Below the pieces are notes generated by a model. It worked only from the letters and a program-made list of their open reading frames with translations, had not been told where the DNA came from and did no database searches. This document shows positions 38,962-49,449 of a stretch of DNA of 64,000 bases, in pieces. Both the position numbers and the translations under genes were made by a program. Source of the DNA: an uncultured Nitrospiraceae bacterium (GTDB taxonomy: Bacteria; Nitrospirota; Thermodesulfovibrionia; Thermodesulfovibrionales; UBA6898); assembly GCA_963811165.1 (NCBI GenBank), contig CAWEQH010000004.1, positions 736,001 to 800,000 on the forward strand, given 5' to 3'. Numbering within the stretch: the first letter of the stretch is position 1; the number at the start of each line of letters is the position of its first letter.

Positions 38962-41208
38962 CTAGACCGAAGCCAGAACAGCTTCCAGTGCATCCACGAC
39001 TACCGGGTCATACATCGATCCGGCATGCTGTTTTATCTCTTCCAACGCCTCTTTTTGGGACATGGCCTTTCGGTACGCTCTTTCCATCGTCATGGCACAG
39101 AATGCATCGACAACGTGCAGTACCCGTGAGAGAAAAGGTATCTCCTCTCCCTTTAAGCCCTCGGGATACCCTGACCCATCGTATTTTTCATGGTGATGCA
39201 ATATTATGTGCTTAACCGCATCCGAAAATTCAACTTCGTTCAAAAGACTGACGCTCGCGTTCGGATGCTCCCTGACGCTCCTCTTTTCGGCAGTCGTAAG
39301 TTTCTTTCTCTGTAGGGCTTCCTCATCAAGAGATGACAGGCCCAAGTCGTAGATCATCGAAATATATACCGCCAACTTTATTTCTTCTTCTGTTGAGTGA
39401 AGCTCTTCCATGACCTTCAATATCAGCTCGGTGGAAAGGCTGCCCTTTTTGTGATACTTTTTGGCGGCGGAGAGAAGATTATCAAACGATGTCAGGAACT
39501 TTCTCAGCGCGTCCTCGCTGAAATCACCCTGGTAGAGTTTTTCAAGGAAATGGGAAACGCGATCACTTAGCACGCTGGCCGAGAAAAAATCCTGGGTAGT
39601 AAACGACGATTTGTTTTTCTTGTTGTTTAAGTTGATGACGCCTAAGACTTTATTGTGGATCATTATCGGAACTGAGATGAGCGATTTTGTGTTGTACTGA
39701 GTGATGTTTTTTCTCATGAACCGCCGATCGTTTTCGATATCTTCGATGAACAGCGGCCTGCCCTCCAGGGCAACCCAGCCTGCTATACTGTCACCAATCT
39801 TTAGCCGTGTCCGGCTGACTATGTCATCATTGAGGCCCCGCGCGCTTTTTATTGTCAGTTCGCCCGTAAAATTGTCACTGAGCATAATGGAACAGATATT
39901 GACCCCGAGCAAATCGGAGATGAGATCGATAAACATGTCCATAGTCGTGTTTACCACGGCGTCTATCTTCTGCCTGGTGCTCTTAGGTATGCTGATTCGA
40001 AGGCGAAATCCTTCGTCGGTATTTTCTGCAGTCATTTTCCAGTTGTGGCTTTCGATGACCTTGCCGGCCAGATAGAGTTTCAAGCGCTCTTCTGATTGTT
40101 CCGCGCTGAAGATAGTGGCTGGATGAAAATAACTGCTCATTAGGGAGTCGGGCATGAGCCTGGAACACCCCACGAGCACGGTTACGAGATCATCCTCAAC
40201 CACAGTAATATCTATCGAATCGTCTCTCTGAAGATAATAACTAAGTCCTTCTATCATGTTGATGAATAACTGTGAAACTCTCGTCTTGTCACCGACAATG
40301 TCGGGAACACTCTTGGGCAAATGCACATCGAGGCGCAAGTTTTTTTTGGCCAGAAACATTTTCAGGGAGCGCGAATTAGATGCATCGTTCAAGATGTCCG
40401 AGAGGCTCATAATTGATTTTTTCATCAGACGGGACTCATCCTCGAGCCTCAGAAAATTGAGCAGATTTTCCACGATGTGTACGAGTTTGTCGGTTTCTTT
40501 GGCGATTATGTCGTAGAAGTCTTTCTGTTGCGAGTTCGCTATGTGATCGGACTTCTGCAGGTAGTATATTGAGCCGTTTATCGCGTTTAGGGGGGTCCGC
40601 AGTTCATGGGACATGCGTACGAGAAACTCCGTCTTGAGTATGTCTGATTCAATGAGTTTCCTGTTCATATCTTCCAGCTCGGCGGCACCTGTCTTAACCT
40701 GATTCAGGAGAAAGGCATTATCAAGAGCGATAGCCGCCTGGTCGGACATGATTTTTATAAGGGTGAATTCATCTTCGGTGAAAGCGGTGTTGTCATTCTT
40801 GTCGTTGATATTGAGCACCCCAAGGAGCCTGTTTTTGCTGACAATAGGGCATGAGACAAACGATCGGGTCTTATAACGGTCCCTTCGTTTTCTCTGGAAC
40901 CTCTTGTCTTTTTCGATGTCCTCGACAAGAACCGGGATACGCTGTTCTGCAACGGTACCGGCAATGCCTTCACCTATCTTTGCCCTGTAGGTCCTGATGA
41001 TATGGCTTTCTAACCCACGTGAGGTAAAGATAGTCAGTTCAGCTTGGTCATTTAGCAGCATCAGGGAGCCTTTCTCGGCGTTCGTGTAATTCATGACGAG
41101 TTCGAGCATGAGATTGGCTGTCATCATTATATTGTCCGTTGTAGCGAATGAGCTTGTCATTTGCTGAAGGATGACAAATTTTTTTTCACACATTTCGAAG
41201 TCGTTCAT
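38962..41208 (-). CDS. GAF-HisKA-(degenerate HATPase)-GAF-(degenerate HD-GYP) signalling protein
   Basis: Two GAF repeats, SHELRTPL, YDLG in place of HDIG, HHHEKYDGSGYP. Confidence 0.85.
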   Translation of the reverse strand: MNDFEMCEKKFVILQQMTSSFATTDNIMMTANLMLELVMNYTNAEKGSLMLLNDQAELTIFTSRGLESHIIRTYRAKIGEGIAGTVAEQRIPVLVEDIEKDKRFQRKRRDRYKTRSFVSCPIVSKNRLLGVLNINDKNDNTAFTEDEFTLIKIMSDQAAIALDNAFLLNQVKTGAAELEDMNRKLIESDILKTEFLVRMSHELRTPLNAINGSIYYLQKSDHIANSQQKDFYDIIAKETDKLVHIVENLLNFLRLEDESRLMKKSIMSLSDILNDASNSRSLKMFLAKKNLRLDVHLPKSVPDIVGDKTRVSQLFINMIEGLSYYLQRDDSIDITVVEDDLVTVLVGCSRLMPDSLMSSYFHPATIFSAEQSEERLKLYLAGKVIESHNWKMTAENTDEGFRLRISIPKSTRQKIDAVVNTTMDMFIDLISDLLGVNICSIMLSDNFTGELTIKSARGLNDDIVSRTRLKIGDSIAGWVALEGRPLFIEDIENDRRFMRKNITQYNTKSLISVPIMIHNKVLGVINLNNKKNKSSFTTQDFFSASVLSDRVSHFLEKLYQGDFSEDALRKFLTSFDNLLSAAKKYHKKGSLSTELILKVMEELHSTEEEIKLAVYISMIYDLGLSSLDEEALQRKKLTTAEKRSVREHPNASVSLLNEVEFSDAVKHIILHHHEKYDGSGYPEGLKGEEIPFLSRVLHVVDAFCAMTMERAYRKAMSQKEALEEIKQHAGSMYDPVVVDALEAVLASV

Positions 41209-41217
41209 TAAATTACT

Positions 41218-43047
41218 CTATTCTACCGTCACGCTCTTTGCAAGATTTCTGGGTTGATCAACATCACATCCCCTCAGTACCGCGATATGGTAAGCCAGCA
41301 GTTGCAGGGGTATCACCGTAATGAAAGGGGAAAGCGTAGGATGAACGGCGGGAACTTTTATCACCTCAATCCCCTTATTGAGGAAGCCATCAGGCTCCTC
41401 GGTAATGACGATCACTCTTCCTCTGCGCGACCGGACCTCCTCTATGTTGGATGACATCTTCTCGAACAGCTCGTCTCTGGGCGCTATGGTGACAACCGGC
41501 ACCCCCTCTTCTATAAGCGCAATAGGGCCGTGTTTCATTTCGCCGGCAGGATAGCCTTCTGCGTGGATATAAGATATCTCCTTCAATTTCAGGGCGCCTT
41601 CAAGGGCAACAGGGTAGTTCATCCCCCTCCCCAGGTAGAGAAAATTTTTTGCATAAATGAGGGATTGAGCGAGCTCCTGCAAGGCCGAATCTTCCCGGAG
41701 TACCGCTGATATGTGGTCGGGTATGCCGAGGAGTTGGGATTTAAGGGTACAGGCCGCACTATGGGACAACTTCCCGCGGCGTATCCCAAGCCCCAGGGCA
41801 AAAAGGTAAAGGGCCGTCAACTGTGCGGTAAATGCCTTTGTTGAAGCAACGCCGATCTCGGGTCCCGCATGCGTATACAAGACGGCATCCGCCTCGCGTG
41901 ACGAAGTGCTTCCTACCACGTTGCAGATGGTGATGGTTCTCGCCCCTCTCTCTTTCGCTTCACGCTGTGCGGCCAGGGTGTCGGCCGTTTCGCCTGATTG
42001 CGTGATAGAGATGGCGAGGGTCCCCTTTTCCATAAGCGGTCTCCTATACCTGAACTCGGAGGCGATGTCGACATCGACTGGAACACGGGCAATGTTCTCT
42101 ATCATGTATTTCCCGATAAGGGCTGCGTGGTAAGATGTGCCGCACGCCACGATCTGCAACCGTCTGAGCCCTAATGTCGTTTCAAAAGTGAGTCCGGATT
42201 CATCAAGGAGTTTCTGAGGATCCTTGATCCATTCAGAGAAGGTATGAGCGACCGTCTCCGGCTGTTCGTATATTTCTTTAAGCATAAAGTGGTCATAGCC
42301 CTCCTTTTCCGCCATGGAAGGGTTCCAATCGATATGAACCAGCTTATTCTCGAATGAAATAGGCTCCCCCGTTTCCAGATAGGCGAGTTCAATTCCGCCC
42401 ATGGAAAGGGTACAGAGGTTATTGTCTTCAAGATAGATAAATTTTCTCGAATAGGGAAGCACCGCCGGAATGTCTGAGGCAAAAAAGAACTCCCCATCGC
42501 CGAGACCCACCACAAGCGGGCTTCCCCGCTTTGCCGCGAAAAGGGTTCCCGGCTCGGTTTCACTCATAATACCGAGGGCAAAAGTGCCGCTTATCTGTGA
42601 GGTCGCCTCCCTGATGGCCTCCCTGATCGGCAGCCCGTTGCGCTGATAATGATAAATCAACTGTGGAATTACTTCCGTATCGGTGTCGGAAAAAAACTCA
42701 TGGCCGTCAGCAATGAGACGCGCCCTGAGTTGCCGGTAATTCTCGATAATTCCGTTGTGTACAACGGCCACGCCGCCGGCAGAGTGGGGATGGGCATTCC
42801 GCATTGAGGGCTCTCCGTGGGTCGCCCATCTCGTATGCCCCAGACCGGCATTGGCGGCGGGAGAGGGGCATGGAAGAATTTGCTGCAGATCGACGATCTT
42901 GCCCTTGGTTTTAAATATCTCTATCCCCTTACCGTTCTGGTATGCAATGCCCGACGAGTCGTATCCTCTGTATTCAAGCCTTCGTAAACTATCTATGAGC
43001 ACCGGTAAGACATTTCTTTTTCCGACATATCCGACGATGCCACACAT
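41218..43047 (-). CDS. glmS: glutamine-fructose-6-phosphate transaminase
   Basis: MCGIVG, LEYRGYDS, GHTRWATHG, SIS domains, PRNLAKSVTVE. Confidence 0.97.
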   Translation of the reverse strand: MCGIVGYVGKRNVLPVLIDSLRRLEYRGYDSSGIAYQNGKGIEIFKTKGKIVDLQQILPCPSPAANAGLGHTRWATHGEPSMRNAHPHSAGGVAVVHNGIIENYRQLRARLIADGHEFFSDTDTEVIPQLIYHYQRNGLPIREAIREATSQISGTFALGIMSETEPGTLFAAKRGSPLVVGLGDGEFFFASDIPAVLPYSRKFIYLEDNNLCTLSMGGIELAYLETGEPISFENKLVHIDWNPSMAEKEGYDHFMLKEIYEQPETVAHTFSEWIKDPQKLLDESGLTFETTLGLRRLQIVACGTSYHAALIGKYMIENIARVPVDVDIASEFRYRRPLMEKGTLAISITQSGETADTLAAQREAKERGARTITICNVVGSTSSREADAVLYTHAGPEIGVASTKAFTAQLTALYLFALGLGIRRGKLSHSAACTLKSQLLGIPDHISAVLREDSALQELAQSLIYAKNFLYLGRGMNYPVALEGALKLKEISYIHAEGYPAGEMKHGPIALIEEGVPVVTIAPRDELFEKMSSNIEEVRSRRGRVIVITEEPDGFLNKGIEVIKVPAVHPTLSPFITVIPLQLLAYHIAVLRGCDVDQPRNLAKSVTVE

Positions 43048-43120
43048 AATAGCCTCCTTCATTTGTATTCATAATTTCCGGATTATGAAAGCCCTGCTTT
43101 ACTTACAACAAATATTTAGA

Positions 43121-43136
43121 TGCAAGAAATGTTCCT
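43121..43136 (-). promoter_or_regulatory. putative sigma-54 promoter for glmS and the GAF/HD-GYP gene
   Basis: Minus strand AGGAAC-ATTTC-TTGCA (GG-N10-GC). Confidence 0.5.
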
Positions 43137-43271
43137 ATTTGCCCCGCTTCCGATTTATGCCTCTTCCGCCTCCTTGATTTGTTTCAAAAAGAGGGTTTCG
43201 ATGTACCTTTTGTGTAGATTTCTTATGAGGCAGTGATTCACGTTCATTTATGTTTTGACGAGGCAAGACGC

Positions 43272-43300
43272 TTGACTTTAATTAATAATTGATATATAAA
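43272..43300 (+). promoter_or_regulatory. putative sigma-70 promoter
   Basis: TTGACT-17 bp-TATAAA upstream of the kinase gene. Confidence 0.55.
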
Positions 43301-43343
43301 TTAGGTAGTTGTAAAGAAGTAGGGATAGAGGAAGAGGGGGTTA

Positions 43344-44360
43344 TTGCTCGTGATTTTTTCGACCGATAAAAGTCTAAATATTATATCTTGGGATAACGAA
43401 ATTGAGAGGTTTACCGGGAAAACTTCTTCGTCAGTCCTGGGCAAGAAATACTTTGATGTGTTTCCGAGAATTATCGTAAATGATACAGATGCCATTTCAG
43501 AAACGTTTACGAAAAAGAAATCCCTTACGTTAAAAGGATATTCTTTTCACTGTCCTTTCGGCCACACCACGGTTGATATCAGGATAAAACCGGGGATGAC
43601 TGTGGACGGAGTAAAGTGTGTCGAAGTCAAAATCGCAGCGGGGGCGGCCTGTTCGGTTGTGGAGAACCTCCGTAGGTCTCAGCAGCTTATCAATATCGGA
43701 AAGACCGCTTCGACCCTTGCACACGGCGTACGAAACCCGCTGAATGCCATAAAGGGCGCGGTGGTCTTTCTCAGTGAAAGATATGTGCAGGAGGCCCCTC
43801 TTATGGAGTTTATGACAATCATGGAGGAGGAGATAGCGCGCCTTGACAGTTTCATTTCGAAGTTTCTGAGCACGTCCTTATCGGATGTGGAACGCACGTC
43901 GACGGATATCAATGCACTGCTCAGGCGCCTGGAGATATTTACCTCTCTTCAGGCGAAGGCATATGATGTAGCCACTTACTTTGAATATGGGAAAATCCGG
44001 CCGATCATGATTAATGCCTTCCAGATCGAGCAGGCCATCCTGAATGTTGTCAATAATGCGCTGGAGGCCATGCGTCACTCCGGCGGACGCCTGACGGTAA
44101 GGGCTTATCAAGAGCGGGATTCCGGCGGCGCCTCCCTGGTGATTGAGATCTCCGATACGGGGCCGGGAATTGATGAAAGCAAGATAAATACGCTTGCGGT
44201 GACCTCTGAATCGGAAAAGGAAGGAAGAGGGTTTGGGTTGTTCATCGCGCGTGAAATCCTCCAGTACTACGGCGGGTTTCTCGACATCAAGAGTAGAAAA
44301 GGCAAGGGAACGACGATTCGGCTATGCCTGCCGTCGGACAATGCCAGAGGTCGAAAATGA
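43344..44360 (+). CDS. cytoplasmic PAS-like sensor histidine kinase with atypical H-box
   Basis: AHGVRNPL, NVVNNA, DTGPGI, GRGFGL. Confidence 0.88.
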   Translation: MLVIFSTDKSLNIISWDNEIERFTGKTSSSVLGKKYFDVFPRIIVNDTDAISETFTKKKSLTLKGYSFHCPFGHTTVDIRIKPGMTVDGVKCVEVKIAAGAACSVVENLRRSQQLINIGKTASTLAHGVRNPLNAIKGAVVFLSERYVQEAPLMEFMTIMEEEIARLDSFISKFLSTSLSDVERTSTDINALLRRLEIFTSLQAKAYDVATYFEYGKIRPIMINAFQIEQAILNVVNNALEAMRHSGGRLTVRAYQERDSGGASLVIEISDTGPGIDESKINTLAVTSESEKEGRGFGLFIAREILQYYGGFLDIKSRKGKGTTIRLCLPSDNARGRK

Positions 44361-45748
44361 GCGCCGGGGATAAAGGGGCAGTCCTGATCGTAGATGATGA
44401 GCCGAATGCGCTCAAAGTGCTTTCCTCGATACTTAAGGCCGAGGGATACGGGGTGTTTGAGTCCGGGGATGTCGACGGTGCGATACAGATAATGAGTAAA
44501 GAGTACATCGACGCGGTAATTACCGACCTGGAAATGCCGGGTAAGAACGGAATCCAATTTTTTGAATTTATTGAAGAAAACTATCCCGACATACCCGTAA
44601 TATTTATCACTGCTTACGGGACCGTAGAATCCGCCGTCTCCGCAATGACCCGTGGAGTTCTCTATTATTTCATCAAGCCACCCGATTATGTGAAGCTGAG
44701 GGACGTCCTTGCCGGGGCGGTTAAAACCAGGCGCATGAATGGTGAAATTGCATATTTAAGGGATCACATGTCGGGTGAAAACGGCATGCCTCTCATTGTC
44801 GCCAAGTCGCGGCAGATGATGGAGATCTTCAAGGCGATAGAAGCCATCAAGGACAGGTCGTGCAATGTTCTTATCTTGGGGGAGACAGGGACGGGGAAGG
44901 AGCTTATTGCACGGGCGTTGCATTACGGCAGCGCGAAAAGAGAAAAGCCCTTTATTGCAGTCAATTGCGCCGCTATCCCGAGGGAGCTTATGGAGGCCGA
45001 ACTTTTCGGATATGAAAAAGGGGCCTTCACCGGGGCGATTTCGCGGAGGCTGGGACGATTTGAGGAGGCTTCGGGCGGTACAATCCTCCTGGACGAGATT
45101 GGAGAGCTTGATTTTTCCCTTCAGGCGAAACTGTTGAGGGTGCTTCAGGAAAGGGAGGTCGAGAGACTCGGCAGCAGCAAGAGGATCCCGGTCGATTTCA
45201 GACTTCTCTGCTCCGCGAATCGCGACCTTGCGAAAGAGGTCGTGATGAAGAATTTTCGACAGGACCTTTTCTACAGGATCAATGTTGTTCGGCTGGATAT
45301 CCCTCCGTTAAGGGAAAGAAGAGATGATATCCCCTTGCTCGTGCAGCACTTCGTCAAGGAGTTCTGCCTTAAGGAAGGCAGAATGCTCTCGGTACCAGAT
45401 GAAACAATGGAAATATTCATGAATTACGAGTGGACGGGGAATATAAGACAGCTGGAAAATGTGATAGAGCGCGCCGCAGCTCTCTCAAAAGGGGAACGGC
45501 TTAACTGGAAGGAACTCCCCGAGGAATTATTGCCTTTGAAGAAGAAAGTGGGAGCGGCAGACGGTACAAAAACGCTCAAGGAACTTGAGACCCGGGCGGT
45601 AATGGATGTTCTTCATGAGTGCAAAGGAAATAAGTCAAAGGCCGCCAGGATGCTCGGGATATCGAGAAAAGCGTTTTATAAAAGGTTTAATGAGTTTCAG
45701 GACGCACCCGCTGGTTCCATCGGAAACAGTTTCATTAAAAAAATTTAA
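44357..45748 (+). CDS. sigma-54-dependent response regulator
   Basis: [35 protein letters not shown] overlap with the kinase. Confidence 0.95.
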   Translation: MSAGDKGAVLIVDDEPNALKVLSSILKAEGYGVFESGDVDGAIQIMSKEYIDAVITDLEMPGKNGIQFFEFIEENYPDIPVIFITAYGTVESAVSAMTRGVLYYFIKPPDYVKLRDVLAGAVKTRRMNGEIAYLRDHMSGENGMPLIVAKSRQMMEIFKAIEAIKDRSCNVLILGETGTGKELIARALHYGSAKREKPFIAVNCAAIPRELMEAELFGYEKGAFTGAISRRLGRFEEASGGTILLDEIGELDFSLQAKLLRVLQEREVERLGSSKRIPVDFRLLCSANRDLAKEVVMKNFRQDLFYRINVVRLDIPPLRERRDDIPLLVQHFVKEFCLKEGRMLSVPDETMEIFMNYEWTGNIRQLENVIERAAALSKGERLNWKELPEELLPLKKKVGAADGTKTLKELETRAVMDVLHECKGNKSKAARMLGISRKAFYKRFNEFQDAPAGSIGNSFIKKI

Positions 45749-45781
45749 TCTTTTCAACGGTCCAATCGATATTGTGAAAAC

Positions 45782-45854
45782 TGTAGCCAACAGATACAGT
45801 TTTTATACTGCCTTTAACAGGCAGTCCTTTCAATAAGTGTCGCCTTCGGATACA
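45782..45854. promoter_or_regulatory. pair of putative sigma-54 activator binding sites
   Basis: TGTAGCCAACAGATACA (45782) and TGTCGCCTTCGGATACA (45838), both TGT-N11-ACA. Confidence 0.6.
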
Positions 45855-46023
45855 ATTCCCAATTTTTAACCCTGATTATTCACTCATGCGGGATCCGAAA
45901 ACGCTCAAAATGATGCCGATGCATTGAATCGGTTCGCTCCGCACTTAATGCACGATGCCCAAGGATGAGGGTTGGAGAGGCGGCAACGTTCTGCGACGCA
46001 AAAGGCAAGAAGGCGACCTATCC

Positions 46024-46039
46024 GGGCACCGAACTTGCA
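46024..46039 (+). promoter_or_regulatory. putative sigma-54 promoter of the EPS operon
   Basis: GGGCAC-CGAAC-TTGCA (GG-N10-GC). Confidence 0.7.
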
Positions 46040-46053
46040 AATCCTTTCCAATA

Positions 46054-46446
46054 ATGGCTACAAAGAATAAAAAAAATAGAAAAATCGTTATTATCGACGA
46101 ACACAGGTTTTCTCGTGTATGCTCGGCGCTCCTCGACAGCATCGGGTATAGTGCAGAGACTTATCCAGCCGTAAATGCTCTGCCGTCGAATTTCGATACG
46201 GATGAATTTGGATTGATTGTGCTCAGCTATCCCTACGGGAACTCCCTCATTGACGAGGTGAAGAAGAAGAAGATTCCAACCATAATTTTATCGGACAACC
46301 TGGATGGGAAACTCATCTCCGTCCTGAGTGATTTCGACAATTCCTACTGCATGATAAAGCCACTTGACTACGAGAAGTTCAGGCACCTGGTCAAGCAGGT
46401 GATGACGGGTGAATTGGGCAGAGAGAGGGGATATACCGTTGTATAG
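46054..46446 (+). CDS. atypical (pseudo) receiver domain protein
   Basis: KIVIIDE...LIVLSYP (Ser at the phospho-Asp position)...IKPLD. Confidence 0.7.
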   Translation: MATKNKKNRKIVIIDEHRFSRVCSALLDSIGYSAETYPAVNALPSNFDTDEFGLIVLSYPYGNSLIDEVKKKKIPTIILSDNLDGKLISVLSDFDNSYCMIKPLDYEKFRHLVKQVMTGELGRERGYTVV

Positions 46447-46494
46447 CGATTGTCTATGTGAAGACGGCTGTTTTTTTGGGGTGGGGAGGATCTC

Positions 46495-47001
46495 GTGACT
46501 GCCCCATTGAACTGGTACGCTCTCTATGTGAGATCGAGACATGAATTCGTCACGCAGGAAGAATTAAGGCGAAAGGGCATAGACGTCTATCTGCCCTCCG
46601 TAAAACGGATGAGCCTCTGGAAAGACAGGAAAAAGTGCATCGAATATCCGATCTTTCCGGGCTACCTCTTTGTTTTCCTGCAGGCGTATCAGGAGGCATT
46701 CGTAACGGCACTAAGGACAAGGGGAGCGGTCAGCCTTCTTTCATTGCAGCCGGGATCTCCCACTCCCGTTCCATCGGAAGAGATAGAATCTCTCAAGCTG
46801 TTACTTGAAAGCGGACACGATTTTGATATATGTCCCAGCCTTCAGGCAGGGTCGAGGGTGCGAGTGAAAAGGGGCCCTCTTAAAGGGGCTCTTGGTACGG
46901 TAGCAGATAAAGAAGAACATTATATGTTCCGTGTCAATATCGATATACTCGGCCGGAGTGTCGGCGTTCGCATCGGTGCCGACGATATCGAGCCGGACTA
47001 G
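46495..47001 (+). CDS. UpxY/LoaP-type NusG paralog antiterminator
   Basis: WYALYVRSRHE, PIFPGYLFV, KOW RVRVKRGPLKG. Confidence 0.9.
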   Translation: MTAPLNWYALYVRSRHEFVTQEELRRKGIDVYLPSVKRMSLWKDRKKCIEYPIFPGYLFVFLQAYQEAFVTALRTRGAVSLLSLQPGSPTPVPSEEIESLKLLLESGHDFDICPSLQAGSRVRVKRGPLKGALGTVADKEEHYMFRVNIDILGRSVGVRIGADDIEPD

Positions 47002-47191
47002 ACAGTCTCAGATTGCCGGCCGCACAGGAGACGTATGAATCGGGAGCGTCAATCGTGCATGACCAATTGGCCTTCCGGCGGAACATACCTCTAAATATCT
47101 TTTCAGTCATATGATGATGTGACTGAAAAGGCGGAGCATTGCGAATCACATGAAAAACGTGAAAAAAGACACGCCATGAGGGGGAGAGGGA

Positions 47192-48556
47192 ATGGGTAGA
47201 AGAATTATCGCCATTCTCATGCTCGGCGACATAATGGTTGCGGTTTTTTCCCTCTTTGCGGCATCTTCTCTGAGATTTGTAACCCAGGCGGACACACTCA
47301 CGATGGTGAGCCAAGAAGGAACAAAAAGTATTGTGTTTGTAGCGGTTTTGATATTTTCATCTTTTCTAATGGAAATATACACAAACGAAATAAAACGGGG
47401 AAAGAAAGAGATAATTCTCAGGGTCTGCTCAACGCTTGCCGTTTCTTTCCTGATATTGTCCGCACTCTATTATGTGATGCCCGGTATTATGTTCGGAAAA
47501 CGAATACTCTTTCTGTCGATGATCATGTTCGGGGCTTTGCAGATCGGATGGCATATTACTTATACCTTATGTCTTAATATCCCCGGGATGGCAAAGAGAG
47601 TTCTTATCCTTGGGACCGGGCCACTCGCCAGGCGAATCGGCGAGATTATCGCATCGACGAATCATCGTCACCTGCTCAGCGGATATGTGAGTATGGCGAG
47701 TGAATCGGTCCATGTTCCCGCTGGCGCCATTCTTGGCAATATTCACGGCCTCGTCGAGACGATCAAAGAGGAGAAGGTGCATAAACTTGTGGTTTCACTG
47801 TCCGAGCGGAGAGGTATATTCCCATTGGAAGATGTCCTCAACTGCAAGTTTAACGGGGTGGAGGTGATCGATGCGCCCTCTTTTTACGAGGAACTGACCG
47901 GAAAGCTGCTCCTGGAGAATATGAACCCGAGTTCGTTTATCTTTTGCCAAGGATTTAAATTGAATGCGTCGCTGAAGGTATATAAACGAGTATTCGATGT
48001 GTTTTTATCCGTTATCACCATTATTCTTGCTGCGCCGCTCATACCCCTCATTGCCCTCATGATCAAGCTCGACTCTCGCGGCCCTGTTTTTTTTAGACAG
48101 GTCCGCGTCGGAGCAAGGGAAAAGCAGTTTGTGCTCTACAAATTCAGGACTATGCTGCAGGACGCAGAGAGTGCGACTGGGGCGGTTTGGTCCCAAAAAA
48201 ATGACCCCCGGATTACCCGGCTCGGTAGGTTTCTCAGGAAAACGAGGCTTGATGAAATCCCGCAGCTTTATAATGTTCTTCGCGGAGACATGAGCTTTAT
48301 CGGACCTAGGCCGGAGCGCCCCGAGTTTATTGAGGCACTGAAAGAATTGGTCCCTTATTATTCGGAACGGCATTTTGTCAAACCCGGAATCACGGGTTGG
48401 GCACAGGTGAAGTATGCCTATGGATCGTCGATAGAAGATACGATTGAGAAGCTTAGATATGATCTTTTCTATATAAAACATGTCTCGCTCTTCTTTGATC
48501 TCTTGATAATATTGGAGACGATCAAAGTGGTTATGTTCGGCAGGGGGGGACGATAA
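47192..48556 (+). CDS. priming sugar transferase (XrtA/PEP-CTERM system-associated type)
   Basis: TM helices, KRVFD, KFRTM, GPRPERP, KPGITGWAQV. Confidence 0.92.
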   Translation: MGRRIIAILMLGDIMVAVFSLFAASSLRFVTQADTLTMVSQEGTKSIVFVAVLIFSSFLMEIYTNEIKRGKKEIILRVCSTLAVSFLILSALYYVMPGIMFGKRILFLSMIMFGALQIGWHITYTLCLNIPGMAKRVLILGTGPLARRIGEIIASTNHRHLLSGYVSMASESVHVPAGAILGNIHGLVETIKEEKVHKLVVSLSERRGIFPLEDVLNCKFNGVEVIDAPSFYEELTGKLLLENMNPSSFIFCQGFKLNASLKVYKRVFDVFLSVITIILAAPLIPLIALMIKLDSRGPVFFRQVRVGAREKQFVLYKFRTMLQDAESATGAVWSQKNDPRITRLGRFLRKTRLDEIPQLYNVLRGDMSFIGPRPERPEFIEALKELVPYYSERHFVKPGITGWAQVKYAYGSSIEDTIEKLRYDLFYIKHVSLFFDLLIILETIKVVMFGRGGR

Positions 48557-48567
48557 AAGGAGATAGT

Positions 48568-49440
48568 ATGAAAAGAATTGCGAATATGAGCATCCGGTTT
48601 CTCGTATTTTTGATGGTTCTCCATGTTGTGCCCGCCCGGGCGACCGAGGGGTACGTCATAGGGGATGAAGATGTACTGCAAATATCAGTGTGGGGCAATC
48701 AGGACCTCAACGTGCAAGTTCCCGTCAGGCCGGATGGTATGATATCTTTTCCCCTTGTGGGAGATATCAGGGCGGCTGGCGTTAGCCCCCAGGAACTGAA
48801 GACCGAGCTCGAAAACAAGCTCACAAAATTTATCAAGGCGCCTACAGTAAGTGTGATTGTAACGGCGGTAAATAGTTTTAAGGTCTATGTACTGGGAGAG
48901 GGGATTGCGCAGGCGACTTCGTCTATGGCCGGAACGATATCCGCTTCGGCGGGGGGGACATCTTCCGGAGTGATAACGCTGAGGAAGCGCACCACTCTTA
49001 TGCAGCTGCTTGCCCAGATCGGATCTCTCGGCGGGGCCGACCTTAATAATGCCTATTTGTTCAGGGACGGGAGGAAACTCGGCAATGACTTCTTTAAGCT
49101 TGTGGTGAAGGGCGACATCTCTCAGGATATAGAGCTTAAACCCGATGACCTCCTCTTTGTTCCGGATAACTTCGATAAGAGGATCATGGTAGTGGGCGCG
49201 GTAAAGACCCCGAATATCATTCAGTACAGAGAAGGTCTGACGGCCCTGGACGCTATTTTGCATGCGGGAGGCTTTACGGAGTTCGCAAAAGAAAATGACG
49301 TGATAATCGTACGAAAGAGCGGCGGCGATATAAAAAATATCGAGGTGCGGTTAAAGGACGTAATGAGAAAAGGAGACATAAGCAAAGATGTGCCGCTGAA
49401 ACCCGGAGATCTAATCATTGTGAAAACAGGACTATTTTAG
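48568..49440 (+). CDS. polysaccharide export protein (Wza-like Poly_export + SLBB)
   Basis: YVIGDEDVLQISVW, VRPDGMISFPLVG, SLBB repeats. Confidence 0.9.
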   Translation: MKRIANMSIRFLVFLMVLHVVPARATEGYVIGDEDVLQISVWGNQDLNVQVPVRPDGMISFPLVGDIRAAGVSPQELKTELENKLTKFIKAPTVSVIVTAVNSFKVYVLGEGIAQATSSMAGTISASAGGTSSGVITLRKRTTLMQLLAQIGSLGGADLNNAYLFRDGRKLGNDFFKLVVKGDISQDIELKPDDLLFVPDNFDKRIMVVGAVKTPNIIQYREGLTALDAILHAGGFTEFAKENDVIIVRKSGGDIKNIEVRLKDVMRKGDISKDVPLKPGDLIIVKTGLF

Positions 49441-49449
49441 GGGAAAAGC

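Noticed and set aside
43048..43270. glmS ribozyme upstream of glmS
   Set aside because: No recognisable conserved core; the region looks like a promoter region instead.
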